A DNA stretch of 55,080 bases from Gammaproteobacteria bacterium (GTDB lineage Bacteria > Pseudomonadota > Gammaproteobacteria > SZUA-152): the NCBI GenBank assembly GCA_022627515.1, contig JAKEGK010000178.1, forward strand, positions 1 through 55,080, written 5' to 3'. This document shows positions 9,182 through 18,640 of the stretch, piece by piece (position 1 is the stretch's first letter; each line of letters begins with the position of its first letter). The notes under the pieces are model-generated. The model was not told where the DNA came from. It was given only the letters and a program-made list of their open reading frames with translations, and searched no databases. The position numbers and the translations under genes were made by a program.

Positions 9182-9218
9182 AGCCACAGACCAACGCAAG
9201 GTTTGTGGCTTTTTCTTT
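9182..9218 (+). terminator. Intrinsic terminator after the rubrerythrin/HdrD-like/DUF3501 operon
   Basis: An 11-bp stem (AGCCACAGACC / GGTTTGTGGCT, one G-U pair) closes a 7-nt loop and is followed by TTTTTCTTT. Confidence 0.8.
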
Positions 9219-9438
9219 CGCGTAACTCTTGGGCGTAATAAGTATAATTTGCACATTCACAACAAATTTATTTGCGAGAAGCCCCGGATTTTTATATATA
9301 TAAACCACAATTAGGATCGGCTGGCAGCTCGCAGGGGTTCTGGCCAGCAATTTCGTAATAATTCAATTGGATAAGCGATCGCCATTTGTTGAGTACAAGT
9401 GAAGGCTAAATATCTGGATAAATAAAAGGAAAATAGTC

Positions 9439-9906
9439 ATGTTAATTGAAGTTTCATCCCGCATGCGTACCCCGCTCCGCGCGGCCAGAGACCTTTGTAG
9501 ACGCTCTTTGATTGCCATGTTTTTCCTTGCCGTCTGGGCTGGAACAGCGATTGGGGCGCCGGCGTGGTTGGATAGTATGAAAACCAGTTGCAATCAAGGC
9601 AGCACTCAGGATTGTCTCAACGTCGGCGTGGCGTACCTGACAGGCGAATTAAGAGGCAATAAAATCGCCAAAGATCCGAAGCAGGCAAAAATGTTTATCG
9701 ATGATGGTTTACGGATGGGTGAACAGCGCTGCAAACAAAGCGATTACGTTGAGTGTTACACTGTTGGCCTGGCGTATTTCGAGGGCGGAATGGTTCCTGC
9801 GGACATGCCGCGCGGCTTAAACTTTCTGCAGAAATCCTGCAAAGGCGGATATAAAAAAGCCTGTGACTGGCTGGATAATAGCGGTTTGCAGCAAATGATA
9901 AAATAA
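9439..9906 (+). CDS. Secreted Sel1-like repeat protein of the Hcp (cysteine-rich) type
   Basis: A signal-like N-terminus (LIAMFFLAVWAGTAIGA) is present. Three C-x7-C pairs (CNQGSTQDC, CKQSDYVEC, CKGGYKKAC) are spaced about 36 aa apart within ...GVAY/GLAYF... repeats, which is the Hcp/SLR signature. Confidence 0.75.
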   Translation: MLIEVSSRMRTPLRAARDLCRRSLIAMFFLAVWAGTAIGAPAWLDSMKTSCNQGSTQDCLNVGVAYLTGELRGNKIAKDPKQAKMFIDDGLRMGEQRCKQSDYVECYTVGLAYFEGGMVPADMPRGLNFLQKSCKGGYKKACDWLDNSGLQQMIK

Positions 9907-10136
9907 CGCTTTTTGTGAAGTATTGTCCGCCGCGGCAAGCTTCCCTGTAACCGCGTCGATATAATCGCAATTGCGCCGGATCACTGCGTTCAATGACTAA
10001 AAAGGCTTCGTGACACAGTGCGCAGTATTGTGGTTTTTTTAACACGAGGGTAATTGCCAGCTATCAAACGACTGCTCTGGTGTCCGATACAGAACGCAAA
10101 TGGCGGTTAAAGCAGTATCGGCAGTGTGATCATTAT

Positions 10137-10871
10137 ATGCAGCGCATCAGGTTTCCGGCAGTATCCCGATTGGTAGTTTCCTCGATAGTCTTGACCATTC
10201 TTTTTGCCCCGCCAGTTTTTGCTGATTTAATCGTTGATCAACATATTGATGAACTGGTTTCCCTGGCAACGGATGGTGATATAGAAAAATTTGTTAGCTA
10301 TGTAAAGCAAGGGGAATTGTTAAATACCGCAGATAAAGACGGCCATTCACCATTATTTGCCGCCATGTTCGGGCCGCCGGAATTGACGAATAAAATACTC
10401 GAACTTGGCGCGCCCATTGAACAAAAGGATGCCCTGGGATTTACTCCGCTTATTTCGGCGTCTTTATTGGGTTACCCGCAAGTGGTTGATAAATTGCTGG
10501 AAAAAGGCGCCAATATTGAAGCCCGCAATACCGATGGGCAAACCGCGCTTCTGATCTCGGTGCTTGGCCTGTCAGTTAACCAGGGTGACACGAGCGCAAC
10601 CGCTGATATCCGCTGGCACAATCAATGGGAGCAGGTGATTCGTGTTTTATTGGAACGCGGCGCTGACGTGAACTCAGTGGATAACCGGGGTGTCTCACCG
10701 TTATTCATAGCAATATTTTCGCAGGATTATGAGCTATGCCGCTCGTTAATCGAAGCAGGCGCCAATATTAATCATAAATTGCCTAATGGAGTATCGATGT
10801 TAAGATTTGCCAGGATAGGGTCCTCGCCGGCAATAGTTGATTTGTTGTCGAGTAGTGGCGCCAAGATGTGA
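10137..10871 (+). CDS. Secreted ankyrin-repeat protein (about 5 repeats)
   Basis: Ankyrin repeats are visible: DGHSPLFAA, LGFTPLISASLLGYPQVVDKLLEKGANIE, DGQTALLIS, RGVSPLFIA, NGVSMLRFA. The ORF opens at GTG 10080. The ATG at 10137 gives a signal peptide (MQRIRFPAVSRLVVSSIVLTILFAPPVFA). Confidence 0.8.
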   Translation: MQRIRFPAVSRLVVSSIVLTILFAPPVFADLIVDQHIDELVSLATDGDIEKFVSYVKQGELLNTADKDGHSPLFAAMFGPPELTNKILELGAPIEQKDALGFTPLISASLLGYPQVVDKLLEKGANIEARNTDGQTALLISVLGLSVNQGDTSATADIRWHNQWEQVIRVLLERGADVNSVDNRGVSPLFIAIFSQDYELCRSLIEAGANINHKLPNGVSMLRFARIGSSPAIVDLLSSSGAKM

Positions 10872-11060
10872 AATTGTTTTGCCGGTTTACCCGCGCGTAT
10901 TCTTATAATTCCTCCCGTAATATTTGTTTTTCATTCAGCCCGCTAAAAATTTTGTCAGGGTTCTTGCGACGGAATTTTTTGTTTCATCCGTTTTAATCAT
11001 CAAACAAACACCTAACATTAGGTTTGAAACATTCAGTTAACGTCGAGATAGGATAAAGTT

Positions 11061-11717
11061 ATGAAAAAACAATTAGTTAAGAACTTGTTTATAACCTGTA
11101 TGATTGTTATGTCCACCCCGCTACTGGCGGATTCGTATACGCATGGCGATGGAAAAAGCCGCTTCATGAGCTATTTCGATACCAATGGAGACAATGCCGT
11201 CAATATGGTTGAATTCAATGAGGCTGTAGCGAAGCGTTTCGATACAATGGACAGCGACAACAACAGCGTGGTCAGCAAGGAAGAATTTCAGGCTTACATG
11301 ACGCAAAAACGCGACGAACGGCACGAGCAAAAATTTCAGTCCATGGACAATAATAAAGATGGCCAGGTTAGCCGCGATGAGTATATAAGTTACAAACAAA
11401 AATATGCTGAAACGCGCTTCCAAAGTATGGATACCAATAGTGACGGTGTCATCAGCAAGGAAGAGTTCGCTGCGCACAAAGCCAGCCGGCAGGGACACAA
11501 ACACGGTCATCATGATTATCACAGCAAGGATAACCATGGCAAGGATAACGGAAAAATATTTACCAAGCTGGATGCCAATAATGATGGTCAATTGACCCGT
11601 GACGAAAGCCTTACAGCATGGACGAACTGGTTCAAGCGCCTTGATGCCAATGGTGATCAAACAGTAACTCTGGAAGAAGTGCGCGACTACCGTAGCAAGA
11701 AAAGTTCCTGGAATTAA
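11061..11717 (+). CDS. Periplasmic EF-hand calcium-binding protein (six EF loops, His-rich insert)
   Basis: A signal peptide (MKKQLVKNLFITCMIVMSTPLLA) is present. Six canonical 12-residue loops follow: DTNGDNAVNMVE, DSDNNSVVSKEE, DNNKDGQVSRDE, DTNSDGVISKEE, DANNDGQLTRDE, DANGDQTVTLEE. There is also a His-rich stretch, RQGHKHGHHDYHSKDNHGKD. Confidence 0.85.
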   Translation: MKKQLVKNLFITCMIVMSTPLLADSYTHGDGKSRFMSYFDTNGDNAVNMVEFNEAVAKRFDTMDSDNNSVVSKEEFQAYMTQKRDERHEQKFQSMDNNKDGQVSRDEYISYKQKYAETRFQSMDTNSDGVISKEEFAAHKASRQGHKHGHHDYHSKDNHGKDNGKIFTKLDANNDGQLTRDESLTAWTNWFKRLDANGDQTVTLEEVRDYRSKKSSWN

Positions 11718-11755
11718 CCGTCCAGAGTCTGAATAACTGACAATTGCCTGCAAGT

Positions 11756-12337
11756 ATGGAACAACTGACGTCTCTGTATACGGCACACAACACATGGGCG
11801 GCGCAAGAGGATGGCCAGTTGATGATGGCCGTCGCGAAGGGTGACAAGGATGCGTTTACGGAAATTGTCACACGTCACCTGGCGCCGCTGATTCATTTCG
11901 CACTGCGCTATGTGGGGCGCCGTCCGGACGCGGAAGATGTTGCGCAGGAAGCGTTTATCCGCTTGTGGAACAATGCTCCCAACTGGGAGGAAAAAGGTTT
12001 CAGTTTGCGCAGCTGGATTTACCGCATTACGTACAACCTGTGTATTGATGAATTGCGCAAACGCAAACCGGTTACCTCCGTTGATGACGAGGTATCTCTG
12101 ACAGCTGGTGAACAACCCGATGAAAATTTATATCGAAACCAGCAGCAACAGAAAGTCGCGGCGGCATTAAATGAATTACCCGAAAGACAGCGTACAGCAC
12201 TTGTGCTGTGTGTTTACCAGGGACTTTCCAATCTGGATGCGGCGGCTGTTATGGATATTAGTGTAGATGCGCTTGAGTCGTTGTTGTCGCGGGCCCGGCG
12301 CGCACTTCGCAATACGATGATGGAAACTCAACTATGA
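11756..12337 (+). CDS. ECF (sigma-70 family) RNA polymerase sigma factor
   Basis: Region 2 (DAEDVAQEAFIRLW...WIYRITYNLCIDELRKRK) and region 4 (LPERQRTALVLCVYQGLSNLDAAAVMDISVDALESLLSRARRALR) are both present. The ORF opens at TTG 11744 and the first ATG is at 11756. Confidence 0.9.
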   Translation: MEQLTSLYTAHNTWAAQEDGQLMMAVAKGDKDAFTEIVTRHLAPLIHFALRYVGRRPDAEDVAQEAFIRLWNNAPNWEEKGFSLRSWIYRITYNLCIDELRKRKPVTSVDDEVSLTAGEQPDENLYRNQQQQKVAAALNELPERQRTALVLCVYQGLSNLDAAAVMDISVDALESLLSRARRALRNTMMETQL

Positions 12338-12906
12338 ACAGAAAAACGGCGAGCGGCAAAATGGCAAAACTGATCACTCCTGAACGTGTAGTTGAACTGC
12401 TTGATTGTTATGGGGCCAATCCGGAGGCGTGGCCTGATGACGAACGGGCGGCGGCGTTGGCATTAATACAGCATTCAACGGAACTGCAAAATCTGCAGCG
12501 GGAAGCCGGTCAGCTGGACTGGTTGCTGATCAGTGGCGGCATGCAGCAGAACCCGCGCGAACCGGCCGACGTGCAACTGATCTCGCGAATCGTGAACAAC
12601 CTTCCCGCGCAGGTCAAGTCAGGGAAATACAGCGGGCGCCATGAAGGCGTTTCCAAAACCAGGCGGCCGCTGATTGATTTTGGCGGCTGGACAGGTATGG
12701 TTGCCGCAAGCATCGCAGTATTTGTAATCACGCTGTCGATAATGGAATTTCATTCTCCATCTCCAAGCTCGCAACCGCAAAGCAGCGTGTCCCAGCCTGA
12801 ATTGGATTACTGGATGTGGCGGCAAGTAACCGGTGAAACTGAAACCGATGCCGAAGATGATGAAGAAGAGCCCATGACACTGATGGCCTTGATTGACCTG
12901 GGATAA
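12334..12906 (+). CDS. Putative single-pass anti-sigma factor
   Basis: The start overlaps the sigma stop (ATGA). There is one TM helix (WTGMVAASIAVFVITLSIM) and a short acidic C-terminal tail (ETETDAEDDEEEP). I saw no recognisable zinc HxxxCxxC motif, so the call rests mainly on position. Confidence 0.55.
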   Translation: MNRKTASGKMAKLITPERVVELLDCYGANPEAWPDDERAAALALIQHSTELQNLQREAGQLDWLLISGGMQQNPREPADVQLISRIVNNLPAQVKSGKYSGRHEGVSKTRRPLIDFGGWTGMVAASIAVFVITLSIMEFHSPSPSSQPQSSVSQPELDYWMWRQVTGETETDAEDDEEEPMTLMALIDLG

Positions 12907-13018
12907 CTGGAACGCGGTGTCTGGTGATAAAAGCATTGCTATACAACAGATCTTTGGCGTATAAAGAATGCTTCTTAGGTCTGAGAACTATAATCCCGTT
13001 TTTAATTGAAGTGATTCT

Positions 13019-14143
13019 ATGCATTGGCTGGCAGCTCGATCTGTATGGTTATCAGTAACGCTCGTGTTACTGGTCATCACCGCCTGTTCTCGGGAAACAC
13101 CCGAAAAACCACAAACGAAAAGCAAGGGCAAAGACCATCTCGTTGAGGCGGTTGTCGTTGAACGCTCCCGGCTCGGAGTGGAACGGATACGAACCGGCAC
13201 CTTGCGCGCGCGCCGCGAAGTGGCAATACACAATCAGGAAGAGGGTGAGATCATTCATTTACCCTACTTTGAAGGCGATCTCATTAAAAAAGGCGACGTG
13301 GTGGTGCGGCTTGATGACAAGCTGTTGCGTTCGCAACTGGGAAGAGCGCAGGCGACTCGGCATCAGGCTGACCAGGACCTCAAGCGAATCCAAAATCTTT
13401 TCAAGAAAAAACTGGTGTCCGATGAGGAGCTAAACCGGGCGGAAACAGCCGTGGAAGTCGCCAGGGCGGATGAAGAAGTTTTGAAAACACGATTATCCTA
13501 CACCACGATCGTGAGTCCCATGAACGGTATTGTCAGCGCACGCCTGAGCGAACCCGGCAACATTGCGGAACGCTACACGCATTTACTGACTATTTCCGAT
13601 CCCACTTCCCTGGTCACGGAAGTGACCCTGTCTGAATTGCTGATTTCACAATTAACACTGAATCATCCGGTGGAAGTTTCCATTGACGCTCTGGGAGACA
13701 AGGCTTTCGAAGGTAAAGTGGTCCGTATATTCCCCAATATGGATCCAGTGACACGGCAGGGTACCGTGGAAGTGGAGCTCAAACCGGTGCCGCAAGGCGC
13801 GCGTCCCGGTCAATTGTGCAGGGTAAAACTGACTACCCTGGCGGCGGACCGGATGATGATTCCCTTTAGCGCGTTACGCAGGGATCAAAAAGGTGAATAT
13901 GTGGTTACACTGGATGCGGAAGGGAAAGTACAGCATGCGCCGGTAGTGGTTGGATTGCGAATTGGCGAACAAATTGAAATACTAAAAGGACTCGAGGATG
14001 GACAGCAGGTCGTAACCAAGGGATTTCTCGATTTGACGCCCGGTAAAAAGGTAAAAGTTGTTTCTGCGGAAGGCAAGAAAAACCAAGCTAGTGATGACAA
14101 GCCGAAACCGGCTGATGCCTCAAACCAATCAAATAAATCATGA
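13019..14143 (+). CDS. RND efflux periplasmic adaptor (membrane fusion protein, HlyD family)
   Basis: A lipobox (VITAC) is present, along with typical MFP segments (VRLDDKLLRSQLGRAQA, LSYTTIVSPMNGIVSARLSEPGN, VVRIFPNMDPVTRQGTVEVEL, QQVVTKG). Confidence 0.9.
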   Translation: MHWLAARSVWLSVTLVLLVITACSRETPEKPQTKSKGKDHLVEAVVVERSRLGVERIRTGTLRARREVAIHNQEEGEIIHLPYFEGDLIKKGDVVVRLDDKLLRSQLGRAQATRHQADQDLKRIQNLFKKKLVSDEELNRAETAVEVARADEEVLKTRLSYTTIVSPMNGIVSARLSEPGNIAERYTHLLTISDPTSLVTEVTLSELLISQLTLNHPVEVSIDALGDKAFEGKVVRIFPNMDPVTRQGTVEVELKPVPQGARPGQLCRVKLTTLAADRMMIPFSALRRDQKGEYVVTLDAEGKVQHAPVVVGLRIGEQIEILKGLEDGQQVVTKGFLDLTPGKKVKVVSAEGKKNQASDDKPKPADASNQSNKS

Positions 14144-14182
14144 TGGATCATTAGAATAACCAATCAACCAAAGTATGGTTAT

Positions 14183-17100
14183 ATGGCTCAGCAACCTTTA
14201 AAACTGGGATTAAAGCAACTCACCGCGCGCACTGGTGGGTTGGCCGCGCTATCGATACGGCATCCTGTTGGGGTGAGTGTGATTTCGCTGGCGGTGGTTG
14301 TGTTAGGCGTGTTTGCGCTGGGGCGCCTGTCCATCGATTTGCTGCCACATATTATATATCCAGAAATACGCGTCCGGATTATCGATCCTGGCGTGCCGGC
14401 GACTGTAATGGAAGACCGCGTAACGCGCCAGCTGGAAGAACAGCTGGCAATCACTGAAGACGCCATCAGTATCCAATCCCGCACATCCCAGGGAGCCTCA
14501 TCGGTGGATTTGTCGTTTGAATACGGCAAAGATATTGATATCGCATTGCGTGATGCCAGCACCCGGCTGGATCGAGCCAAGCGCTTTCTGCCGGATACCA
14601 TTGATCCGCCGGTTATCTTCAAACGCGATCCTTCGCAAATTCCGGTTCTGGAATTCGTTGTGACTTCAGCAATGCGCGATGCAGTTGAGCTGCGCAGCTG
14701 GAGTGATGATGTGCTGCGAAAATGGTTTCTCAATTTGCCGGGTGTCGCCGCGGCGGAAGTCGGCGGAGGCATGGTCCGCGAAATTCATGTGCTGGTTGAC
14801 CAGCAACGCCTGGCGGGAATCGGGTTAAGCATGAATGACGTAATTGAAACCTTGCAACGTGGAAACCGGGAAGATCCCGCGGGGCGTTTGCAGATGTCAC
14901 GCCAGCAAATATCGGGCAAGATCAGTGGCCGGTTTACCGAGGTTAGCCAGATCATGCAACTTCCCTTGCCGGCGGCGAATGGCAAGACAATTTACCTGGG
15001 CGAAGTGGCCAATGTGATTGATACCCATGAGGACGAACGCATCCGGATACGGGCTAACGGTATTAGCGGCATAAAATTGTCGATTCAGAAACAACCGAAT
15101 GCCAATACAGTTGCCGTGGTGGATGTTGTCAATGAACGCATGGCTTATTTGCGCGCGCAAGGATTGCTGCCGGATGATGTTGAAATAGTGCCTGTCGGCG
15201 ACCAGTCTGTTTATATCCGGCAGTCTCTGAGCAATTCCACCGCGGCAGCCATCAGCGGCGCGCTGTTGGCAATGGCCGTGGTTTATATTTTCCTGGGCAA
15301 CCTGCGCCGCACCCTGATCATTGGCAGCGCGATTCCGATCGCGATTATGGTGACGTTTGTGTTGATGGGCTGGGGCGGATTGACGTTAAATGTGATGACG
15401 CTTGGCGGCCTGGCGCTGGGCGTAGGTATGCTGGTGGATAATACGATTGTCATGCTGGAAAACATTTACCGGCACCAGCGCGAGGACCATGCGCCATCCG
15501 GGCAATCCGCGGTTACTGCGGCCAAGGAAGTGAATAGCGCCATAGTCGCATCCACCTCCACCAATCTTGCGGCGGTACTGCCGTTTTTGTTCATTGGCGG
15601 CCTGACCGGATTGTTATTCCGGGAGCTGATCTTTACGATTTCCGCCGCCATCCTGGCTTCAATGGTGATTGCGTTAACCCTCGTCCCTACACTGGCGGCA
15701 AAAGTCACCACCACCGGTGATAGCCGCGTCCGTAAAGTGATTGATGGCGGAATGCACCGTTTGCAGGAATATTATGCCCGGTCACTGACCTGGGTTTTAC
15801 AATTCCGCGGGACGTTATTGGTGTTGTTTAGCGCCGGTATGTTTTATGCGGTGCCGACAATATTTTTCAGTGGAAAAGAAATCTTTTTACCCAAGCTGGA
15901 TGACGGGCAAATCACCGCGAAAATCCGGGCTGACACCGGCGTTGCTTTGGATGAAATGGACGCCAGTGTGAGGATGATTGAAGAGTTGATGCTTTCGCAA
16001 CCTGAAACCGAGACGGTTTTTAGCCTGGTTGGTGGCGCCGTGTTTGGACGCACCGAGCGCGAAAGTCCCAATGAGAGCACCCTTACCGTGCAACTGGCGC
16101 CTGTCGATCAGCGTGATATTAGCAGCCAGGCCTGGATAGAGAAAATGAACAAGCTGATTGCCCAGCAGCAAATGGCCGGTATCAAGATCAATATGTCCCA
16201 ACGGGGCATTCGTGGTATCCGCACCAGCCGGGGTGATGAAGACGTTAGTTTGCGCATACAGGGGCAGGATCTGGATACCCTGGCTAAAATCGCCCGCGAT
16301 CTGGTGGATCGATTGATAAATACAGAAGGCTTGAAAAATCTGGAGCAGTCCCTGGAAGAAGAGAACTTTGAGTTATCGATTAACATCGACCGGGAACGGG
16401 CCAGCGCCCTGGGATTCAATGTGGGAGATATTACAGACGCCATGAAGATCGCTTTGGAAGGCAGTGTGGTCACGGATTTTATCGAGGGAGACCGCGCCTA
16501 TGATGTGAGAGTTCGCCTGCCGCAAACCGAAGCCGCCAATCCTCAGGATCTCGAGTCGATATTATTGTTCGCGGGCGCCAAGGATAAGGCGCCGGTGTAT
16601 ATGGGCAGTGTTGCGAATATTAGTTTAGTTAAATCGCCAGCCAATATCTCCCGCGATAGCCAAATGCGTATCGTGGAAATCAGTGCAACCTTGTCTGAAG
16701 ATGCGACACTGGGCGGTGTTACGCAGGAAATAAATAAGGTGCTGGCGGATTTTCCGGTGCCCAGCGGGTACAGCATATATGACGCTGGCTCCAGCAAGTT
16801 GTTGCAGGAAGGCCAGAAGTTGGTGGTCGTTTTGATTGCGCTGGCCTTGTTTCTGGTGTTCGTGGTAATGGCGGTGCAGTATGAATCTCTGCTCAATCCG
16901 TTTGTAATTATGCTGAGCGTACCCTATGCAGCGATTGGCGTCGCCATCGGTGTGGACTTGATGAGTTTGCAGCTGTCCATGCCGGTCAAGCTTGGCTTGA
17001 TTATGCTGGCGGGAATTGTGGTAAACAACGCTATTGTTCTGGTGGAATACGTGGAAATCGTGCGCGCAAAAGGCGTGGCCAAGAATGACGCGATCATTCA

Positions 17101-17344
17101 GGCGGCCAGGGTCAGGCTGCGCCCGATACTTATGACCACCCTGACCACCGTGGTGGGTATGATACCGCTGGCGCTCGGATTGGGTGAAGGCGCCGAAATG
17201 CTGCAACCACTCGCGGTAACCATTGTATCCGGCTTGTCTTTTTCCATGATTGTCAGTTTGTTTCTGGTGCCGGCGATTTATAGCCTGCTACACTTAAGAG
17301 AGGTAAATGTAACGCAGGAGCTGCAGACTGATCAGGCCGTCTGA
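14183..17344 (+). CDS. RND efflux permease (AcrB/AcrD/AcrF family)
   Basis: 1053 aa with a 12-TM-type architecture. Family motifs include LPHIIYPEIRV, GLALGVGMLVDNTIVMLENI, VQYESLLNPFVIMLSVP and IVVNNAIVLVEY. Confidence 0.95.
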   Translation: MAQQPLKLGLKQLTARTGGLAALSIRHPVGVSVISLAVVVLGVFALGRLSIDLLPHIIYPEIRVRIIDPGVPATVMEDRVTRQLEEQLAITEDAISIQSRTSQGASSVDLSFEYGKDIDIALRDASTRLDRAKRFLPDTIDPPVIFKRDPSQIPVLEFVVTSAMRDAVELRSWSDDVLRKWFLNLPGVAAAEVGGGMVREIHVLVDQQRLAGIGLSMNDVIETLQRGNREDPAGRLQMSRQQISGKISGRFTEVSQIMQLPLPAANGKTIYLGEVANVIDTHEDERIRIRANGISGIKLSIQKQPNANTVAVVDVVNERMAYLRAQGLLPDDVEIVPVGDQSVYIRQSLSNSTAAAISGALLAMAVVYIFLGNLRRTLIIGSAIPIAIMVTFVLMGWGGLTLNVMTLGGLALGVGMLVDNTIVMLENIYRHQREDHAPSGQSAVTAAKEVNSAIVASTSTNLAAVLPFLFIGGLTGLLFRELIFTISAAILASMVIALTLVPTLAAKVTTTGDSRVRKVIDGGMHRLQEYYARSLTWVLQFRGTLLVLFSAGMFYAVPTIFFSGKEIFLPKLDDGQITAKIRADTGVALDEMDASVRMIEELMLSQPETETVFSLVGGAVFGRTERESPNESTLTVQLAPVDQRDISSQAWIEKMNKLIAQQQMAGIKINMSQRGIRGIRTSRGDEDVSLRIQGQDLDTLAKIARDLVDRLINTEGLKNLEQSLEEENFELSINIDRERASALGFNVGDITDAMKIALEGSVVTDFIEGDRAYDVRVRLPQTEAANPQDLESILLFAGAKDKAPVYMGSVANISLVKSPANISRDSQMRIVEISATLSEDATLGGVTQEINKVLADFPVPSGYSIYDAGSSKLLQEGQKLVVVLIALALFLVFVVMAVQYESLLNPFVIMLSVPYAAIGVAIGVDLMSLQLSMPVKLGLIMLAGIVVNNAIVLVEYVEIVRAKGVAKNDAIIQAARVRLRPILMTTLTTVVGMIPLALGLGEGAEMLQPLAVTIVSGLSFSMIVSLFLVPAIYSLLHLREVNVTQELQTDQAV

Positions 17345-17381
17345 ACACCGTAATAGACAGCAAACACAGGAGCTGAAAACA

Positions 17382-17744
17382 ATGATAAAACTTCCGAATC
17401 TGCCTGGCGTTGCGGCCGTGTGCCTGGTTTTATTGTCCTGTACGGCAAAGCGTACCCATGAAATAGGCGATCCCACTTTATCCAGCCCGGAAACGAAGCA
17501 GCACTATCAGACCATTTATGATGCGTTTTCGCGCCATGACACAAACAATGACAGCTTCCTGGATGAACATGAGTTTGCCCAGCTTCAGACAGATCCCAAT
17601 ATTGTTAACATGCGTCAACGGATCGCTGAGCTGGCGACCTCCGGACCTTTGTTGTTTAATGAAATCGACGAAGACGGGGACAACAGGATTACTAACACTG
17701 AACTCACGATCATTATTCAGCCACTGTTACCGAAAAGGCAATAA
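17382..17744 (+). CDS. Small EF-hand lipoprotein (two EF loops)
   Basis: A lipobox (LVLLSC) is present with two EF loops, DTNNDSFLDEHE and DEDGDNRITNTE. An AGGAG Shine-Dalgarno lies 37 nt after the RND stop. Confidence 0.75.
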   Translation: MIKLPNLPGVAAVCLVLLSCTAKRTHEIGDPTLSSPETKQHYQTIYDAFSRHDTNNDSFLDEHEFAQLQTDPNIVNMRQRIAELATSGPLLFNEIDEDGDNRITNTELTIIIQPLLPKRQ

Positions 17745-18009
17745 CCGCCGGAATATACATTTGCCAAAAGTAAATCTAAACTCTGTCAATGCCCGCATGC
17801 ATTAGTCAGGCTGTTTGTTATTTCAGCTGTACTTAATAAATATAAACGTGGATATTCAAAGACTGTGGGTGGGTGTTGTTCCGATTGTCAATCGCTCTAA
17901 ATTTCTGATGTTCTGATTTGGTTATTACCGGTCTGCATCCCGGTACATCTGGTACGTCACTTTTTGTCTTAAAACAACTATTGGTTTTAAAACAATTAAT
18001 GGAGGCTCT

Positions 18010-18588
18010 ATGATGAAACTATCCTGTGTTACGGGTGCATTATTGTTTATGTTGTCAAGCGCGCAAAGTTCCGCCAGTGATATGGATACCATGAAACAGG
18101 AGGCAGCAGATACCGCGCAGGCGTTTGTGAAGCAATTGGGTGAAGCCATGCAAAAGGAAATGAAGGCGGGTGGTCCGGTGGCGGCGGTGAAAGTATGTTC
18201 TGAACTGGCGCCGCAGATTACCGGGCAAATCTCCCGGGACAAAGGCTGGAAGGTCACGCGCGTTGGCACCCGGGTGCGCAATCCCATGCTGGGCTTGCCC
18301 GATCCCTGGGAACAAAAGGTGTTGGCGCAATTCCAGGAGCGTGTGGGCAAGGGTGAAACTTTTGAAAAAATGGCGTTTGCTGAAATAGTGGATGAACCCA
18401 ATGGCAAGTATTTCCGCTTCATGAAAGCGATCGGCGTGCAACCTCAGTGCCTGGAGTGTCATGGCGATCCTGCCGGAATGAAAGAAGAAGTGAAAGCATT
18501 GCTGCAGGAACGTTATCCGCACGATCAGGCAAAAGGATACAAGGCTGGCGATCTACGCGGCGCGGTCACTATTAAAAGACCCTTATAA
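18010..18588 (+). CDS. DUF3365 (Tll0287-like) c-type haem protein
   Basis: A signal peptide is present, along with a single CLECHG haem c motif and family-like segments (AVKVCSELAPQI, RVGTRVRNPMLG, GDLRGAVTIKRPL). GGAGG precedes the ATG. Confidence 0.7.
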   Translation: MMKLSCVTGALLFMLSSAQSSASDMDTMKQEAADTAQAFVKQLGEAMQKEMKAGGPVAAVKVCSELAPQITGQISRDKGWKVTRVGTRVRNPMLGLPDPWEQKVLAQFQERVGKGETFEKMAFAEIVDEPNGKYFRFMKAIGVQPQCLECHGDPAGMKEEVKALLQERYPHDQAKGYKAGDLRGAVTIKRPL

Positions 18589-18612
18589 AATCCTGTCAAA
18601 TACCGGGACAAT

Positions 18613-18640
18613 AAAGGCGGTATATCACCGCCTTTTTTTC
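18613..18640 (+). terminator. Intrinsic terminator after the DUF3365 gene
   Basis: A 9-bp stem (AAAGGCGGT / ACCGCCTTT) closes a 5-nt loop and runs into T7. Confidence 0.85.

Noticed and set aside
8594-9256. 220-aa ORF antisense to the DUF3501 gene.
   Set aside because: It is a shadow ORF opposite a gene with good family resemblance and a Shine-Dalgarno sequence. It also runs through the operon terminator.
9319-9331. The exact 13-mer GGCTGGCAGCTCG is shared with 13026-13038.
   Set aside because: In 55 kb, roughly twenty identical 13-mer pairs are expected by chance. One copy is inside a coding region and there is no flanking similarity.
11121-11795. 224-aa ORF antisense to the EF-hand gene.
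   Set aside because: The sense strand encodes six textbook EF-hand loops, whereas the antisense translation has no motif.
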